Shown here: positions 1-9,037 of the stretch, piece by piece
Layout: every line of letters starts with the position of its first letter
Position numbering within the stretch: the stretch's first letter is position 1
Assembly (NCBI GenBank): GCA_048886185.1
Contig: JBHLKY010000001.1
Location: 30,001 to 62,000, forward strand
DNA length: 32,000 nt
Direction of reading: 5' to 3'
Source of the DNA: Candidatus Hermodarchaeota archaeon
GTDB taxonomy: Archaea > Asgardarchaeota > Heimdallarchaeia > Hodarchaeales > Hodarchaeaceae
Program-made: the position numbers and the translations under genes
The notes under the pieces: model-generated
What the model was told of the DNA's origin: nothing
Database searches by the model: none
What the model saw: only the letters and a program-made list of their open reading frames with translations

Positions 1-262
1 CTACCATTTTTGTTCCAAGAGGATTGGCAAAGACCATGATTATTTCTTTCTCTCTGTCAATCTTGAAGTCTAACTTAATGTCGTTGAATATTACAGATTT
101 TAATTCTTCTTGTCCAAAAGATTCCTCGGCAAAAGAATACATCGCTGCTAAAAATCCAGTTTGAAGTGCATGATCAGGATGTAATTTGCAATAATCTCCT
201 CCATAACACTTGGCAAAAAGAGGAATTCCAGAAGTCTGAAGAATAAATACATCATCGGCCAT
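1..262 (-). CDS. Longin/roadblock-like small protein (partial, runs off the left edge)
   Basis: Not in ORF track. Manual translation from ATG at 262: MADDVFILQTSGIPLFAKCYGGDYCKLHPDHALQTGFLAAMYSFAEESFGQEELKSVIFNDIKLDF... The pattern 'IL..SG+PLF / L.+GFL.A+.SFA.E / L..+.F' resembles longin-like domains common in Asgard archaea. AGAGGA lies upstream. Confidence 0.65.
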   Translation of the reverse strand, partial: MADDVFILQTSGIPLFAKCYGGDYCKLHPDHALQTGFLAAMYSFAEESFGQEELKSVIFNDIKLDFKIDREKEIIMVFANPLGTKMV

Positions 263-484
263 TTCATCATTTCCTCTAAGAGAATTTTATGCTGTCATAT
301 CATTTTTTAACGATATTTTTGATGATAACAATCCTTTTCTTTTTAACTTTTTCAATTTTTGCAATCAGAGGAATTAGATAAACCAATTGAAGATATCTTA
401 ATGAAGTTATTGAGATTAAGAACCCACGCCTGATTATGAAGGAATTCTGTTTCTAGATTTCCGTCGCTTACTTCATTTCTCTTC

Positions 485-958
485 TTATTCCCATTTAGAG
501 AGTATGAATGTAGAATCCCATCCTGTTGAACGTTGTTCAATCTTTCCCTTTTGTGATATTAAGCCAAGAACAATTAGATAATTGTTGATTGTTTCTGTAG
601 ATAGATCAGGAACGACTTTTTTTATCTCTGAGGTAGTTTTATGTCCCTTTAAAAGAGCCTGCAGAATCTCTACAGCATTAGATATTAGAGTAAATCTGTA
701 TGGCTTTTCTTCTGAAACATCCCCTCTAGGATTAAGATTCCATTCCTCTCCATCTTTAACAACACGACCAAAAGAATTTAAATAGGTTAGGAACCCTAAT
801 GAATAATAGGTATCGCTTATGCAGAGATCTGTACCTGGAGAAATCTCGTATGGAGATGATTCCTCTTTTAGATATTCCATCTTCTCAATTACCTGTAAAA
901 ATGTCTTAAATGGAAATTTATCAAAAGGTGGATTACTGAAGTGTGCATTTAAAGCCAT
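485..958 (-). CDS. Hypothetical protein, possibly tandem winged-helix domains
   Basis: 157-aa ORF with an AGGAG RBS; the C-terminal half (ILQALLKGHKTTSEIKKVVPDLSTETINNYL..GKI) looks like a wHTH. Confidence 0.55.
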   Translation of the reverse strand: MALNAHFSNPPFDKFPFKTFLQVIEKMEYLKEESSPYEISPGTDLCISDTYYSLGFLTYLNSFGRVVKDGEEWNLNPRGDVSEEKPYRFTLISNAVEILQALLKGHKTTSEIKKVVPDLSTETINNYLIVLGLISQKGKIEQRSTGWDSTFILSKWE

Positions 959-1256
959 TTTAATTCCTCATTGTAAATAAACATTTATTAGGTTGTTTCT
1001 TCTTCTTGTTGTTTCACGAAATTTGATTCTTAATGTTTATTACCTTTTAATTTTCGTAATTTATCTAAATATAGAAAAAATTCTGGTAATTAGGTGAAAA
1101 ATGCACAATTAATACGAATTGGCCTCTTCTTCCTCTAAAACTAAATTTGAAGTAATTTATTATATTATTAAATAACAATAGTTAACTTTTTATTCACGAG
1201 GTATTTAACATCAAATAGGCAATAAAATCTCATAAAATAATTCGTTGTGATTAAAA

Positions 1257-1757
1257 ATGACTGAAAAGATAATTCAAGGTACATCAAAGTTACATATTGG
1301 AGATAAAGCGCCAGATTTCACACTTCCCGCGCAAGATGGGAAAAAAATCAGGTTATCAGACTATCGTGGTAAGAAAAATGTCATGCTTGCCTTTTACCCT
1401 CAAGACTTTACTCCAGTATGTTCACATCAGCTCCCATCCTATAGTAATCAAATAAACAAATTTGATGAGCTGAATACACAAGTTTTAGCAATTGGAGTTG
1501 CCTCCATTCCTGTTCATATTGCTTGGATAGATAGTCTTGGAGGTCTGAACTATCCTCTTCTTGCTGATTGGGTTCCTTACGCTGAAGTTAGTAAAAAATA
1601 TGACGCTTTTATTCCACGTATTGGCTTTGGAAAGCGTGCGATCTTTATTATTGATAAAAAAGGAATTATTCGCTATATTGACATTCCCCACGAACTTAAT
1701 GAAGGACCTCCAGATGAGGAAAAGATTTTCAAGACTCTCAAAGAGCTTCAAGACTGA
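1257..1757 (+). CDS. Peroxiredoxin (AhpC/TSA family), 1-Cys AhpE/BCP-like
   Basis: GDKAPDFTL start, [10 protein letters not shown] peroxidatic motif, [11 protein letters not shown] with the catalytic Arg; only one Cys in the protein. Confidence 0.9.
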   Translation: MTEKIIQGTSKLHIGDKAPDFTLPAQDGKKIRLSDYRGKKNVMLAFYPQDFTPVCSHQLPSYSNQINKFDELNTQVLAIGVASIPVHIAWIDSLGGLNYPLLADWVPYAEVSKKYDAFIPRIGFGKRAIFIIDKKGIIRYIDIPHELNEGPPDEEKIFKTLKELQD

Positions 1758-1776
1758 CCTGATCTAATTCTTAGCA

Positions 1777-3000
1777 TTATCCTGAATTTAGTATGAAGCT
1801 TGCAACTCTTTCTCCAAACTCTTCTCCTTTTTTCAAATCCTTTTCAGAGGGTCCCCCAATAAAATCAAACACATCTAAGATTTCCCATTTTAATTTTCTT
1901 GTTATCTCCTCAAAGTCTCTCTTTGCGCCATCATTCCATCCATAGGAACCGAAGAAAGCTGATTTCTTTTTAATAATCCTTTTACGTAAAGCCATATCAA
2001 GAATATAAGCTATAGGAGGAAAAAGGTTTACCTCATATGTTGGAGAACCGACGATGACTCCTTTGTATCTCCACAAGTAGGGTAATATGAAAGACACATG
2101 TGTTCGACCAGCATCAAAGATTTTGAGTGGAATTCCCGTTTTACCAATTCCTTGAGCAATGGCATTCATCATTTTGTTAGTATTTCCATACATAGAGGCA
2201 TAAACGAGTGTAATCCCTGCATCACAAGCAGTAGGATCATCTGCATATTCTGCCCAGCGTTTATAGAGGTTTACTATTCGTTCTGGATTTTTTCTCCATA
2301 TAAGACCATGACTGGGTGCAATCATTGAGATTGGTAATCCCTCTAACGAATTAATAGCTTTAATAACAAATCTCGAAAATTTAGCAACAATATTAGTATA
2401 ATAGCGTAGTGCCTCCTCTTCATAAAAATTCTGGTCAATTCCTTTATCATCATCGAAAATTTTCCCACTTAGTGCCCCATAACTACCAAAAGCATCACAA
2501 GAAAATAATATCTGGGATTTTTTTTCATAAGTAACCATTGTTTCTGGCCAATGTACGAACGGTGCTTCATAAAAGATTAATTGATGATCTCCTAAGCTAA
2601 TCTCATCTCCATTAGTAACTCCCTTCCATTTAATATTTTCAGTATCTCTTAGCTGATAGAAATCAGCTATCATTTTCCTAGCCTTCTCTGTTCCTACGAA
2701 TATAGCATTAGGAGCTAATTTAGACATTATTTTGATTAATCCAGTATGATCGGGTTCGACATGATTAATGATGATGTAATCGATTCTTGAAGGATCGATT
2801 ACTTCCTCAACTTGTGATAAGTAATCATCTGTTTTAATTCCTTTAACTAAATCTATTAATGCTATTTTTTCCCCTTTGATGAGATAGCTATTATAGGAGA
2901 CTCCAACATCACTGATTGGCCAGATACCCTCAAATAGATCTGTTGTTCGGTCATTAACTCCAATCCAATAAATATTTTGGGTTAGCTCAATTACTGGCAT
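1777..3000 (-). CDS. fprA: Flavodiiron protein (FprA, class A: MBL di-iron domain plus flavodoxin domain)
   Basis: SYNSYLI, HVEPDH, VHWPE, SCDAFG and APSHG di-iron ligand motifs; flavodoxin loop YASMYGNT; FGSYGW. Confidence 0.95.
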   Translation of the reverse strand: MPVIELTQNIYWIGVNDRTTDLFEGIWPISDVGVSYNSYLIKGEKIALIDLVKGIKTDDYLSQVEEVIDPSRIDYIIINHVEPDHTGLIKIMSKLAPNAIFVGTEKARKMIADFYQLRDTENIKWKGVTNGDEISLGDHQLIFYEAPFVHWPETMVTYEKKSQILFSCDAFGSYGALSGKIFDDDKGIDQNFYEEEALRYYTNIVAKFSRFVIKAINSLEGLPISMIAPSHGLIWRKNPERIVNLYKRWAEYADDPTACDAGITLVYASMYGNTNKMMNAIAQGIGKTGIPLKIFDAGRTHVSFILPYLWRYKGVIVGSPTYEVNLFPPIAYILDMALRKRIIKKKSAFFGSYGWNDGAKRDFEEITRKLKWEILDVFDFIGGPSEKDLKKGEEFGERVASFILNSG

Positions 3001-3151
3001 CCGATATTCACACCTTAATTCGTGTATTGTAAAAATTTGATTAAATAATCTATATATTAACCAGATTATAGGTTATCTCTTAATTTCTACAAAATACTTT
3101 GATGAATTATAGAAAAAAGAAGGTTTTAAGCTAATATATTCTTTCAGATAC

Positions 3152-3289
3152 TTAGCCTATTTCTGAAAAATCATCAGTCGATGCTCCACAATCTGGGCAT
3201 GTCCAATCGTCTGGAAGTTCTGTGAAAGGTATACCTTCAACATCTTCGTCGTAAATGTAACCACATATGTCACATTCCCATTTTGCCAT
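3152..3289 (-). CDS. rub: Rubredoxin (45 aa)
   Basis: Not in ORF track. Translates MAKWECDICGYIYDEDVEGIPFTELPDDWTCPDCGASTDDFSEIG*, with two CxxCG motifs, FxxLPDDWxCP and an AGGTGA RBS. Confidence 0.96.
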   Translation of the reverse strand: MAKWECDICGYIYDEDVEGIPFTELPDDWTCPDCGASTDDFSEIG

Positions 3290-3472
3290 TCATTTCACCT
3301 TAATATTCTATTGAAATAATATCTGTCTCAATTTAATCTATTTTGTTATTGTTTTTGAAGACTATAAACTTGTTTTTTAACATATTTTCTAGCTTGAAGT
3401 GAAGACTTTTACTGTAAATTAGTGAATAAAGTCATAAGAAAGGCTTTAATTTTCAGCATAAACAGTCCGCTC

Positions 3473-3787
3473 ATGTCACTAGATTCAATCAAAATTCCTG
3501 GAGAAATTATCTCCGTTGAAGGAACTGGGAAACAACTTAATAAAATCTTCCTTTTCACAATTTCTACTTGTTTATGGTGTAAAAAGGGGAAGAACTGGCT
3601 CAAGGAACACGGATTTCACTATTCTTATCTTGATATAGACAAAATTCCAATTGAAGAAAAAAATACACTTAAAAAAGATATTGAAGAGGTTTTTGGAGTT
3701 AAACCACGATTTCCTTTCCTCATTGTTAATAAGATGCAATGGGATTCTGGTTTCAATCCTAACATATGGGAGGACATGCTAAGATGA
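3473..3787 (+). CDS. Glutaredoxin/NrdH-like redoxin
   Basis: STCLWCKK CxxC motif and RFPFLIV cis-Pro loop; ATG at 3473 preferred over the GTG at 3422. Confidence 0.8.
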   Translation: MSLDSIKIPGEIISVEGTGKQLNKIFLFTISTCLWCKKGKNWLKEHGFHYSYLDIDKIPIEEKNTLKKDIEEVFGVKPRFPFLIVNKMQWDSGFNPNIWEDMLR

Positions 3788-4113
3788 AATCAAAATCATT
3801 TGAAGATGTACAGGAGTACATAATTAGAATTTCAAAACGAAATAATTGGCAGTTAAATTCAGAACAAGATTCACTTAATAATCTAATCCAAGGATTACAG
3901 GTCAATTTTAATCGGTTTGGGTACTATAATTGCCCTTGTCGCGATAGTCAAGAAGATCCTCAACTTGATCGAGATATTATCTGTCCCTGTCGTTATGCAG
4001 AAATGGATATTGCGGAATATGGCTATTGCTATTGCTCTCTTTACTGTAGAAAGGATTTTGAACAGAAACACCCTTTAAAAATGATTCCTGAAAGACGTTC
4101 AACATTTGAATAA
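3784..4113 (+). CDS. Ferredoxin:thioredoxin reductase catalytic (beta) subunit-like protein
   Basis: CPCR, CPCRY and CYCSLY (CPC/CPC/CxC signature); ATGA overlap with the glutaredoxin stop. Confidence 0.9.
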   Translation: MKSKSFEDVQEYIIRISKRNNWQLNSEQDSLNNLIQGLQVNFNRFGYYNCPCRDSQEDPQLDRDIICPCRYAEMDIAEYGYCYCSLYCRKDFEQKHPLKMIPERRSTFE

Positions 4114-4152
4114 AGTTAATAATGAATTTTCATGAAATTCTACAATAATTTT

Positions 4153-5358
4153 TTAATTTTCTACTAGATCATGGAGGATATTTCGTAATTCAGTTTCATG
4201 ATCAGATAAGGATAATTCTTGGGTGAAAATATTTCTGATTAAAGGAATCACTTTTCTAACTCCTAAGATTATTGCAGCTTTCAGTTTATCTGAATCGATA
4301 AATAGTTTAACATATTCCCTTTCATTTGTGTACTTTCTTATATTATAACCTGATTCTTTTTCTTTTCCTGTGTACCCAAAGGAACTCAGAAATATATCTG
4401 TCACCTTAAGAGATGAAGACACCTTTGAACCAGTGTACTCTTTTGATCTTGTATTCAACATGTTACTAGCAGCTATTTGGGCTTGTTGAATGGTAGGAGG
4501 GATAAGTCCGTATATTATTCCATTGTGTTCAGCACAGTCTCCTGCTGCAAAAATATCTTTCTGAGATGTTTCTAGGTAATTATTCACAACTATTCCTCGG
4601 TTTACTTTAAGGATATCTTTCGCAATTGTCACTCTTGGTTTGATACCTGTACAAGTTATCACAAGATCTGCAGGAATTTCTAAGCCATCTTTTGTTACGA
4701 CTTTTGCAACTTTTTTTTTGCCCAATACACTTTGAACTTCTTTTCCTACAAGGATTTTCATACCACGGTATTCTAGGATGTTATGGAGAATTTGACTCCC
4801 TTCCATGTCCAACTGTCTTGGGAGTAAATATGGGAAAAACTCAATAACGGTTACCTTTAAATCTTGTTGAATGGCAGCGTTTGCTATTTCGATTCCTAAT
4901 ACTCCTCCTCCGATTATCACAGCAGTTTTACTACTTTTAAATCGTTCACGTATCTTGAGTGCATCCTTAAGATTTCTTACAGTGTAAAAGTGTTTTAGTT
5001 CTTGGCCTCCAATTGGGGGAGACCAAGAATCTGCACCAGTAGCAATTAACAATCGATCAAAGGGATAAGATGCTTTAGTGGTTAAAATTTCCTGTGTTTT
5101 AGTATCAATTTTTTGTACTTTCTCCTGTAAATGTAAATCAACATCTAATTTCCTATACCAGTCTTGACTATATGTGATAATATCTTCCACCGTCATATTA
5201 TAATTTGCAATAAAAGATGGAATTTTTGGGCGGTTATAGTAACCTGAAAATTCTTCATCAGTAAATTGAGTTATCGTTGATTTACTGGTCTTGCTTTTTG
5301 ATAAAACTTGGACAGCAGTTATGCCAGCTACACCGTTACCAATGATCACATATTTCAT
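4153..5358 (-). CDS. FAD-dependent pyridine nucleotide oxidoreductase, NAD(P)H:rubredoxin oxidoreductase-like
   Basis: IIGNGVAG FAD motif, IIGGGVLGIE NAD(P)H motif, TSQKDIFAAGDCAE; lies in a rubredoxin/SOR/FprA cluster. Confidence 0.85.
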   Translation of the reverse strand: MKYVIIGNGVAGITAVQVLSKSKTSKSTITQFTDEEFSGYYNRPKIPSFIANYNMTVEDIITYSQDWYRKLDVDLHLQEKVQKIDTKTQEILTTKASYPFDRLLIATGADSWSPPIGGQELKHFYTVRNLKDALKIRERFKSSKTAVIIGGGVLGIEIANAAIQQDLKVTVIEFFPYLLPRQLDMEGSQILHNILEYRGMKILVGKEVQSVLGKKKVAKVVTKDGLEIPADLVITCTGIKPRVTIAKDILKVNRGIVVNNYLETSQKDIFAAGDCAEHNGIIYGLIPPTIQQAQIAASNMLNTRSKEYTGSKVSSSLKVTDIFLSSFGYTGKEKESGYNIRKYTNEREYVKLFIDSDKLKAAIILGVRKVIPLIRNIFTQELSLSDHETELRNILHDLVEN

Positions 5359-5470
5359 TTTAATCGCGATTCAATCATAGATAGAATCTTTTAATAAATA
5401 TATAGTTGAAAAAAACCGAACTCGAAAAAAAGAAAAGTGGAAAACTCTAATAATCAATTAAATGTCATTA

Positions 5471-5827
5471 TTAGAGTTTAAGATTCTGTACACTTTGCCA
5501 AAATCCGTGAATATTACAGAAAGAGAATGCAATCAATGTTCCAGGTTTTTCAGTCTTTATAGAGAAGAATCCCTTTGGTTCTGTTTTCCCAGCATCTCCG
5601 TGTGAATTAAATTCGATTTTACCAATTTCCACAGGGAATTTTTCTCCCTCAGGATGGAAAAGTAATTGAATCCACCGAATGTGATGTTCAACTGTGTTAG
5701 GATGTTCGATCTCTTTTCCCACACTTACTTCCACTAACACTGGATCTTTACTTTTTACTTCGATAACAGGAGTATGTTTCTCTTTTTTCCAATCCGCTGA
5801 TTGAAATAATTCATTTAGGTTTACCAT
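5471..5827 (-). CDS. sor: Superoxide reductase (1Fe-SOR, neelaredoxin/class II SORL)
   Basis: EKHTPVI, EHPNTVEHHIRWI and FCNIHG supply the 4His/1Cys centre; AGGTG RBS favours ATG at 5827. Confidence 0.93.
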   Translation of the reverse strand: MVNLNELFQSADWKKEKHTPVIEVKSKDPVLVEVSVGKEIEHPNTVEHHIRWIQLLFHPEGEKFPVEIGKIEFNSHGDAGKTEPKGFFSIKTEKPGTLIAFSFCNIHGFWQSVQNLKL

Positions 5828-5864
5828 ATTATACACCTTTAGTTTTATTTATTTTCAGAAAGAA

Positions 5865-6350
5865 CTATTTTTCATCTCTTACTGTATGTTGGTTAAAAAG
5901 CATGTCATTCTTGAAAGCAGCCTGTCTTTGGACTAACTCACTAGCATTCGCTTCTTCTTCAATCTGTTCAGTAACAAACCACTGGAGTAATTGTCTTGGA
6001 TTGTAGTCTTTCAACTCGTCCGCAAGTTTCACTAGCTCGTGAATCTTTCCAGTGATATACTGTTCATGTGCGTAACCTGTTTCTACAATCTCTTTCACTG
6101 AAGCCCATTCAGATTTCGGTTCAGGAATTGCTGGAATCTTGGCTGTTCCTCCAACGTCAATAATATAATTTATAAACTTGTACGCATGTGATAATTCTTC
6201 GTTATATTGTGTAAAGTACCAACTTGACAATTTGTTAAACGAATTCTCTTTCAACCAAATGCTCATACTTAAGTAGATGTAAGCGGAATTAAGTTCCTCT
6301 CCAATTTGTACATTCAGCGCCTCATTTAATTTTTCACTGATTAAAGCCAT
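5865..6350 (-). CDS. ftnA: Non-heme ferritin
   Basis: LNVQIGEELNSAYIYLSM, EELSHA, HEQYIT and WFVTEQIEEE ferroxidase motifs; GGAGG RBS. Confidence 0.93.
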   Translation of the reverse strand: MALISEKLNEALNVQIGEELNSAYIYLSMSIWLKENSFNKLSSWYFTQYNEELSHAYKFINYIIDVGGTAKIPAIPEPKSEWASVKEIVETGYAHEQYITGKIHELVKLADELKDYNPRQLLQWFVTEQIEEEANASELVQRQAAFKNDMLFNQHTVRDEK

Positions 6351-6400
6351 TCTTTAACCTCCGTTGTATTCAAATATTTAATTTATCGTAGTAACAATTA

Positions 6401-6423
6401 AATTTATAGGTTAAATATAAATT
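6401..6423. promoter_or_regulatory. Inverted repeat AATTTATA-N7-TATAAATT forming two opposed TATA-like boxes between divergent ferritin and ferritin-like genes
   Basis: Perfect 8-bp arms read directly from the sequence; each arm contains an archaeal TTTATA box on opposite strands. AT-rich context lowers significance. Confidence 0.45.
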
Positions 6424-6505
6424 ACATGAGGAATTCGAGCTATAAGATTTAAAAAATGATTTAGAAGAGAAATTTAAGTAACGATTCTCTACAGGAGGTA
6501 ATTTT

Positions 6506-6982
6506 ATGAACGTACAAGAACGAGTTGAATTTTTTAAGAAACAAATCACATTAGAAAAGAAAATTGTTGAGTCCGCAAATGCCTCTGTTAAAGATGTAAC
6601 AAATGCATTGGTTAAAGAACTGATCTTAGGAATTGCGATGGACTCTAACAAACATGCTTCCTTGTTGAATGCACTTATTGCTTTAAACACTGGCTCTACT
6701 CCGTTGATTCCCGAGGAGATTACTGATCAACTCAGAATGAACGTAGAAAAACATATAAAGTTAGAACAGAAAGCTATTGATACATATAAGGAATTATGGG
6801 AGGAATTAATAGATGAGAGAGAGAAAGTTGTCATAAAATCTATTTTGAGCGACGAAATTCGTCATCATCAACTCCTAAAACGGATTCATACAATGATTGT
6901 TGAAAAAGAAGCACTTACTGAACAAGATATCTGGGATTGGACGTGGAAAGACTCCCTTTTCCATGGATCACCTGGGGGATGA
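6506..6982 (+). CDS. Ferritin-like four-helix protein with a W-rich FHGSPGG tail
   Basis: Duplicated motifs E...DSNKH and E...DEIRHH; GGAGG RBS. Confidence 0.75.
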   Translation: MNVQERVEFFKKQITLEKKIVESANASVKDVTNALVKELILGIAMDSNKHASLLNALIALNTGSTPLIPEEITDQLRMNVEKHIKLEQKAIDTYKELWEELIDEREKVVIKSILSDEIRHHQLLKRIHTMIVEKEALTEQDIWDWTWKDSLFHGSPGG

Positions 6983-7048
6983 ATTACCAACTCTATAAGG
7001 TTGGATATCATTAATTCCTGTTAATTTATAAAAAAAAGGTAAGGAAAA

Positions 7049-8221
7049 TTGATCAGTTTTAGTTTAACAGATGATCAGAAGAAGCTCCAGTTGAAAGCTC
7101 GTGAATTTGCTATTAATGAGATTATTCCTGTTTCTAGAAGATATGATCAAACTGGAGAATTCCCACTTGAAGTTCTTCAAAGAGCTTTTGATCAAGGGTT
7201 GATGAATACTATCTTTCCGAAGGAAATCGGAGGTCCAGGATTAGGCATACTTGACACTTGTTTGATTGTTGAGGAAACAGCTGCAGCGGATCCTGGTATC
7301 ACAACAAGTCTTTTTGATAATTGCTTGGGAGCTGAACCTATTTTATTAGGAGGAACAACAGAACAAAAAGAACGTTTTCTTAAACCACTAACTGAGAACT
7401 TAAAATTTATTGCTTTTGCAACTAGTGAACCAGGCATGGGATCTGATGTGGCTGGAATAGCAATGGCTGCTCGGTTAGAAGGTGATGAGATCGTCCTAAA
7501 TGGTCGAAAGATGTGGATCACCAATGGAGGTGTTGCCTCTCTAATGAGTACATTCTGTCGTTTGGAAGGAACTAAGAGGCATAATGGTATCACTGGGGTA
7601 GTGGTTCCTATGAATTTGGAAGGAATAAGAGTTGGGAAACCTATCCCAAAAATGGGTCATAAAGCATCAAATACTGTAATGGTTCGTTTTGAAGAAGTGC
7701 GTGTTCCAAAAGAAAATATTCTTGGTGAACCTGGAAAGGGTTTCCCAATTGCTATGCAAACTTTTGCTCATACTCGTCCTACAATTGGAGCATTCGCATG
7801 TGGGATGGCAAGAGCATGTATGGATTATGCAATTGCCTACGCAAAGCGTCGAGAAGCTTTTGAAAGTAAAATTGCAGATTTTCAAGCTATTCAATTCATG
7901 GTTGCTGACATGAAAATGAACGTAGATGCAGCACGTTTATTAACATGGAAAGCTGCATGGGAAGCGGACCAAGGAAGAGATAATACTATCTCAGCAAGTA
8001 TAGCTAAAGCCTTTGCCACTGATCATGGAATGAAAACAGCATCAGATGCGTTACAGATATTTGGAGGTTATGGTTATACAACAAATTATTTGATTGAAAA
8101 GCTCTTCAGAGATGCCAAGTTATATCAAATATATGAGGGTACTTCTCAAATTCAGAGAATGATTGTCGGTCGCTATTTATTTTCAAAATATAAACCAATT
8201 TTCGACAAGTCTTTTACATAG
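7049..8221 (+). CDS. Acyl-CoA dehydrogenase (short/medium-chain type)
   Basis: ATSEPGMGSDV, NGRKMWITNG, QIFGGYGY and IYEGTSQIQ with the catalytic Glu; TTG start. Confidence 0.95.
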   Translation: MISFSLTDDQKKLQLKAREFAINEIIPVSRRYDQTGEFPLEVLQRAFDQGLMNTIFPKEIGGPGLGILDTCLIVEETAAADPGITTSLFDNCLGAEPILLGGTTEQKERFLKPLTENLKFIAFATSEPGMGSDVAGIAMAARLEGDEIVLNGRKMWITNGGVASLMSTFCRLEGTKRHNGITGVVVPMNLEGIRVGKPIPKMGHKASNTVMVRFEEVRVPKENILGEPGKGFPIAMQTFAHTRPTIGAFACGMARACMDYAIAYAKRREAFESKIADFQAIQFMVADMKMNVDAARLLTWKAAWEADQGRDNTISASIAKAFATDHGMKTASDALQIFGGYGYTTNYLIEKLFRDAKLYQIYEGTSQIQRMIVGRYLFSKYKPIFDKSFT

Positions 8222-8343
8222 ATTCTTTAAAACCTGGTAATTTTTCATAAAAGTTGATATATTGAATAAAAAAGAGAGATGAATATTTTAAAGGGCAGAA
8301 AGATCTTTTTCTAGAATCTGATTTGAAAGGAGAAAAATAAAAG

Positions 8344-8928
8344 ATGAATAAGACGATACAAAACTTAGCAAAAGCGTTAATAGGCGAAAGTCAGGCAAGA
8401 AACCGGTATACATTCTATTCTAAGATTGCCCAAAAAGAAGGTTACCAACAAATCGCTGATATCTTTCTTATCACTGCTGATAATGAAAGAGAACATGCCA
8501 AATGGTTATTAAGGATGATTAATCAGTTGAAAAAGAATATTGACAAAGATCTCGATGAAATAACTGTTGATGGTGTTGTCCCTACAACACTAGGAGATAC
8601 TGAAGAGAATCTTAGGGCTGCAATTGCAGGAGAACATTATGAAAGAGAAACAATGTATCCAGAATTCGCGAAGGTTGCTAAGGAAGAAGGATTCTATGAT
8701 ATTGCCACTAGATTGAAAGCAATAAGCGTGGCTGAAGAACATCATGAGAATAGGTTCACGAAAATACTTACTGAATTAGAAAACAATACGGTTTTCAAGA
8801 AAAAAGGGAAGGTTAATTGGATCTGCAAGAAATGCGGGTATGTTCATGAAGGTGACACTCCTCCTAATGAATGTCCAAGTTGTAGTCATCCTAGTAATTA
8901 CTTCGAACTGATGTGTGAAGAATATTAA
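8344..8928 (+). CDS. rbr: Rubrerythrin
   Basis: GESQARNRY, EREHAK, GEHYE and EEHHE di-iron motifs; C-terminal CKKCGY...CPSC rubredoxin-like site. Confidence 0.96.
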   Translation: MNKTIQNLAKALIGESQARNRYTFYSKIAQKEGYQQIADIFLITADNEREHAKWLLRMINQLKKNIDKDLDEITVDGVVPTTLGDTEENLRAAIAGEHYERETMYPEFAKVAKEEGFYDIATRLKAISVAEEHHENRFTKILTELENNTVFKKKGKVNWICKKCGYVHEGDTPPNECPSCSHPSNYFELMCEEY

Positions 8929-9037
8929 ATTTGAGTCAAGAACAGAGCTAATATCCCTTACCATTCAATACCCATTATTTCTTTTTAATGTGTAGAAACC
9001 TTCTCTTAGAAGAAACTGTGCAGATGGTGGTAATTAA

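Noticed and set aside
352-540. 62-aa minus-strand ORF in the track
   Set aside because: Overlaps the 485-958 gene, has no RBS or motif, and has non-protein-like composition
3066-6413. Identical 10-mer TTATAGGTTA upstream of fprA (3066-3075) and ferritin (6404-6413), resembling a DtxR half-site
   Set aside because: AT-rich 10-mers recur by chance, and the second half-site does not match in either copy
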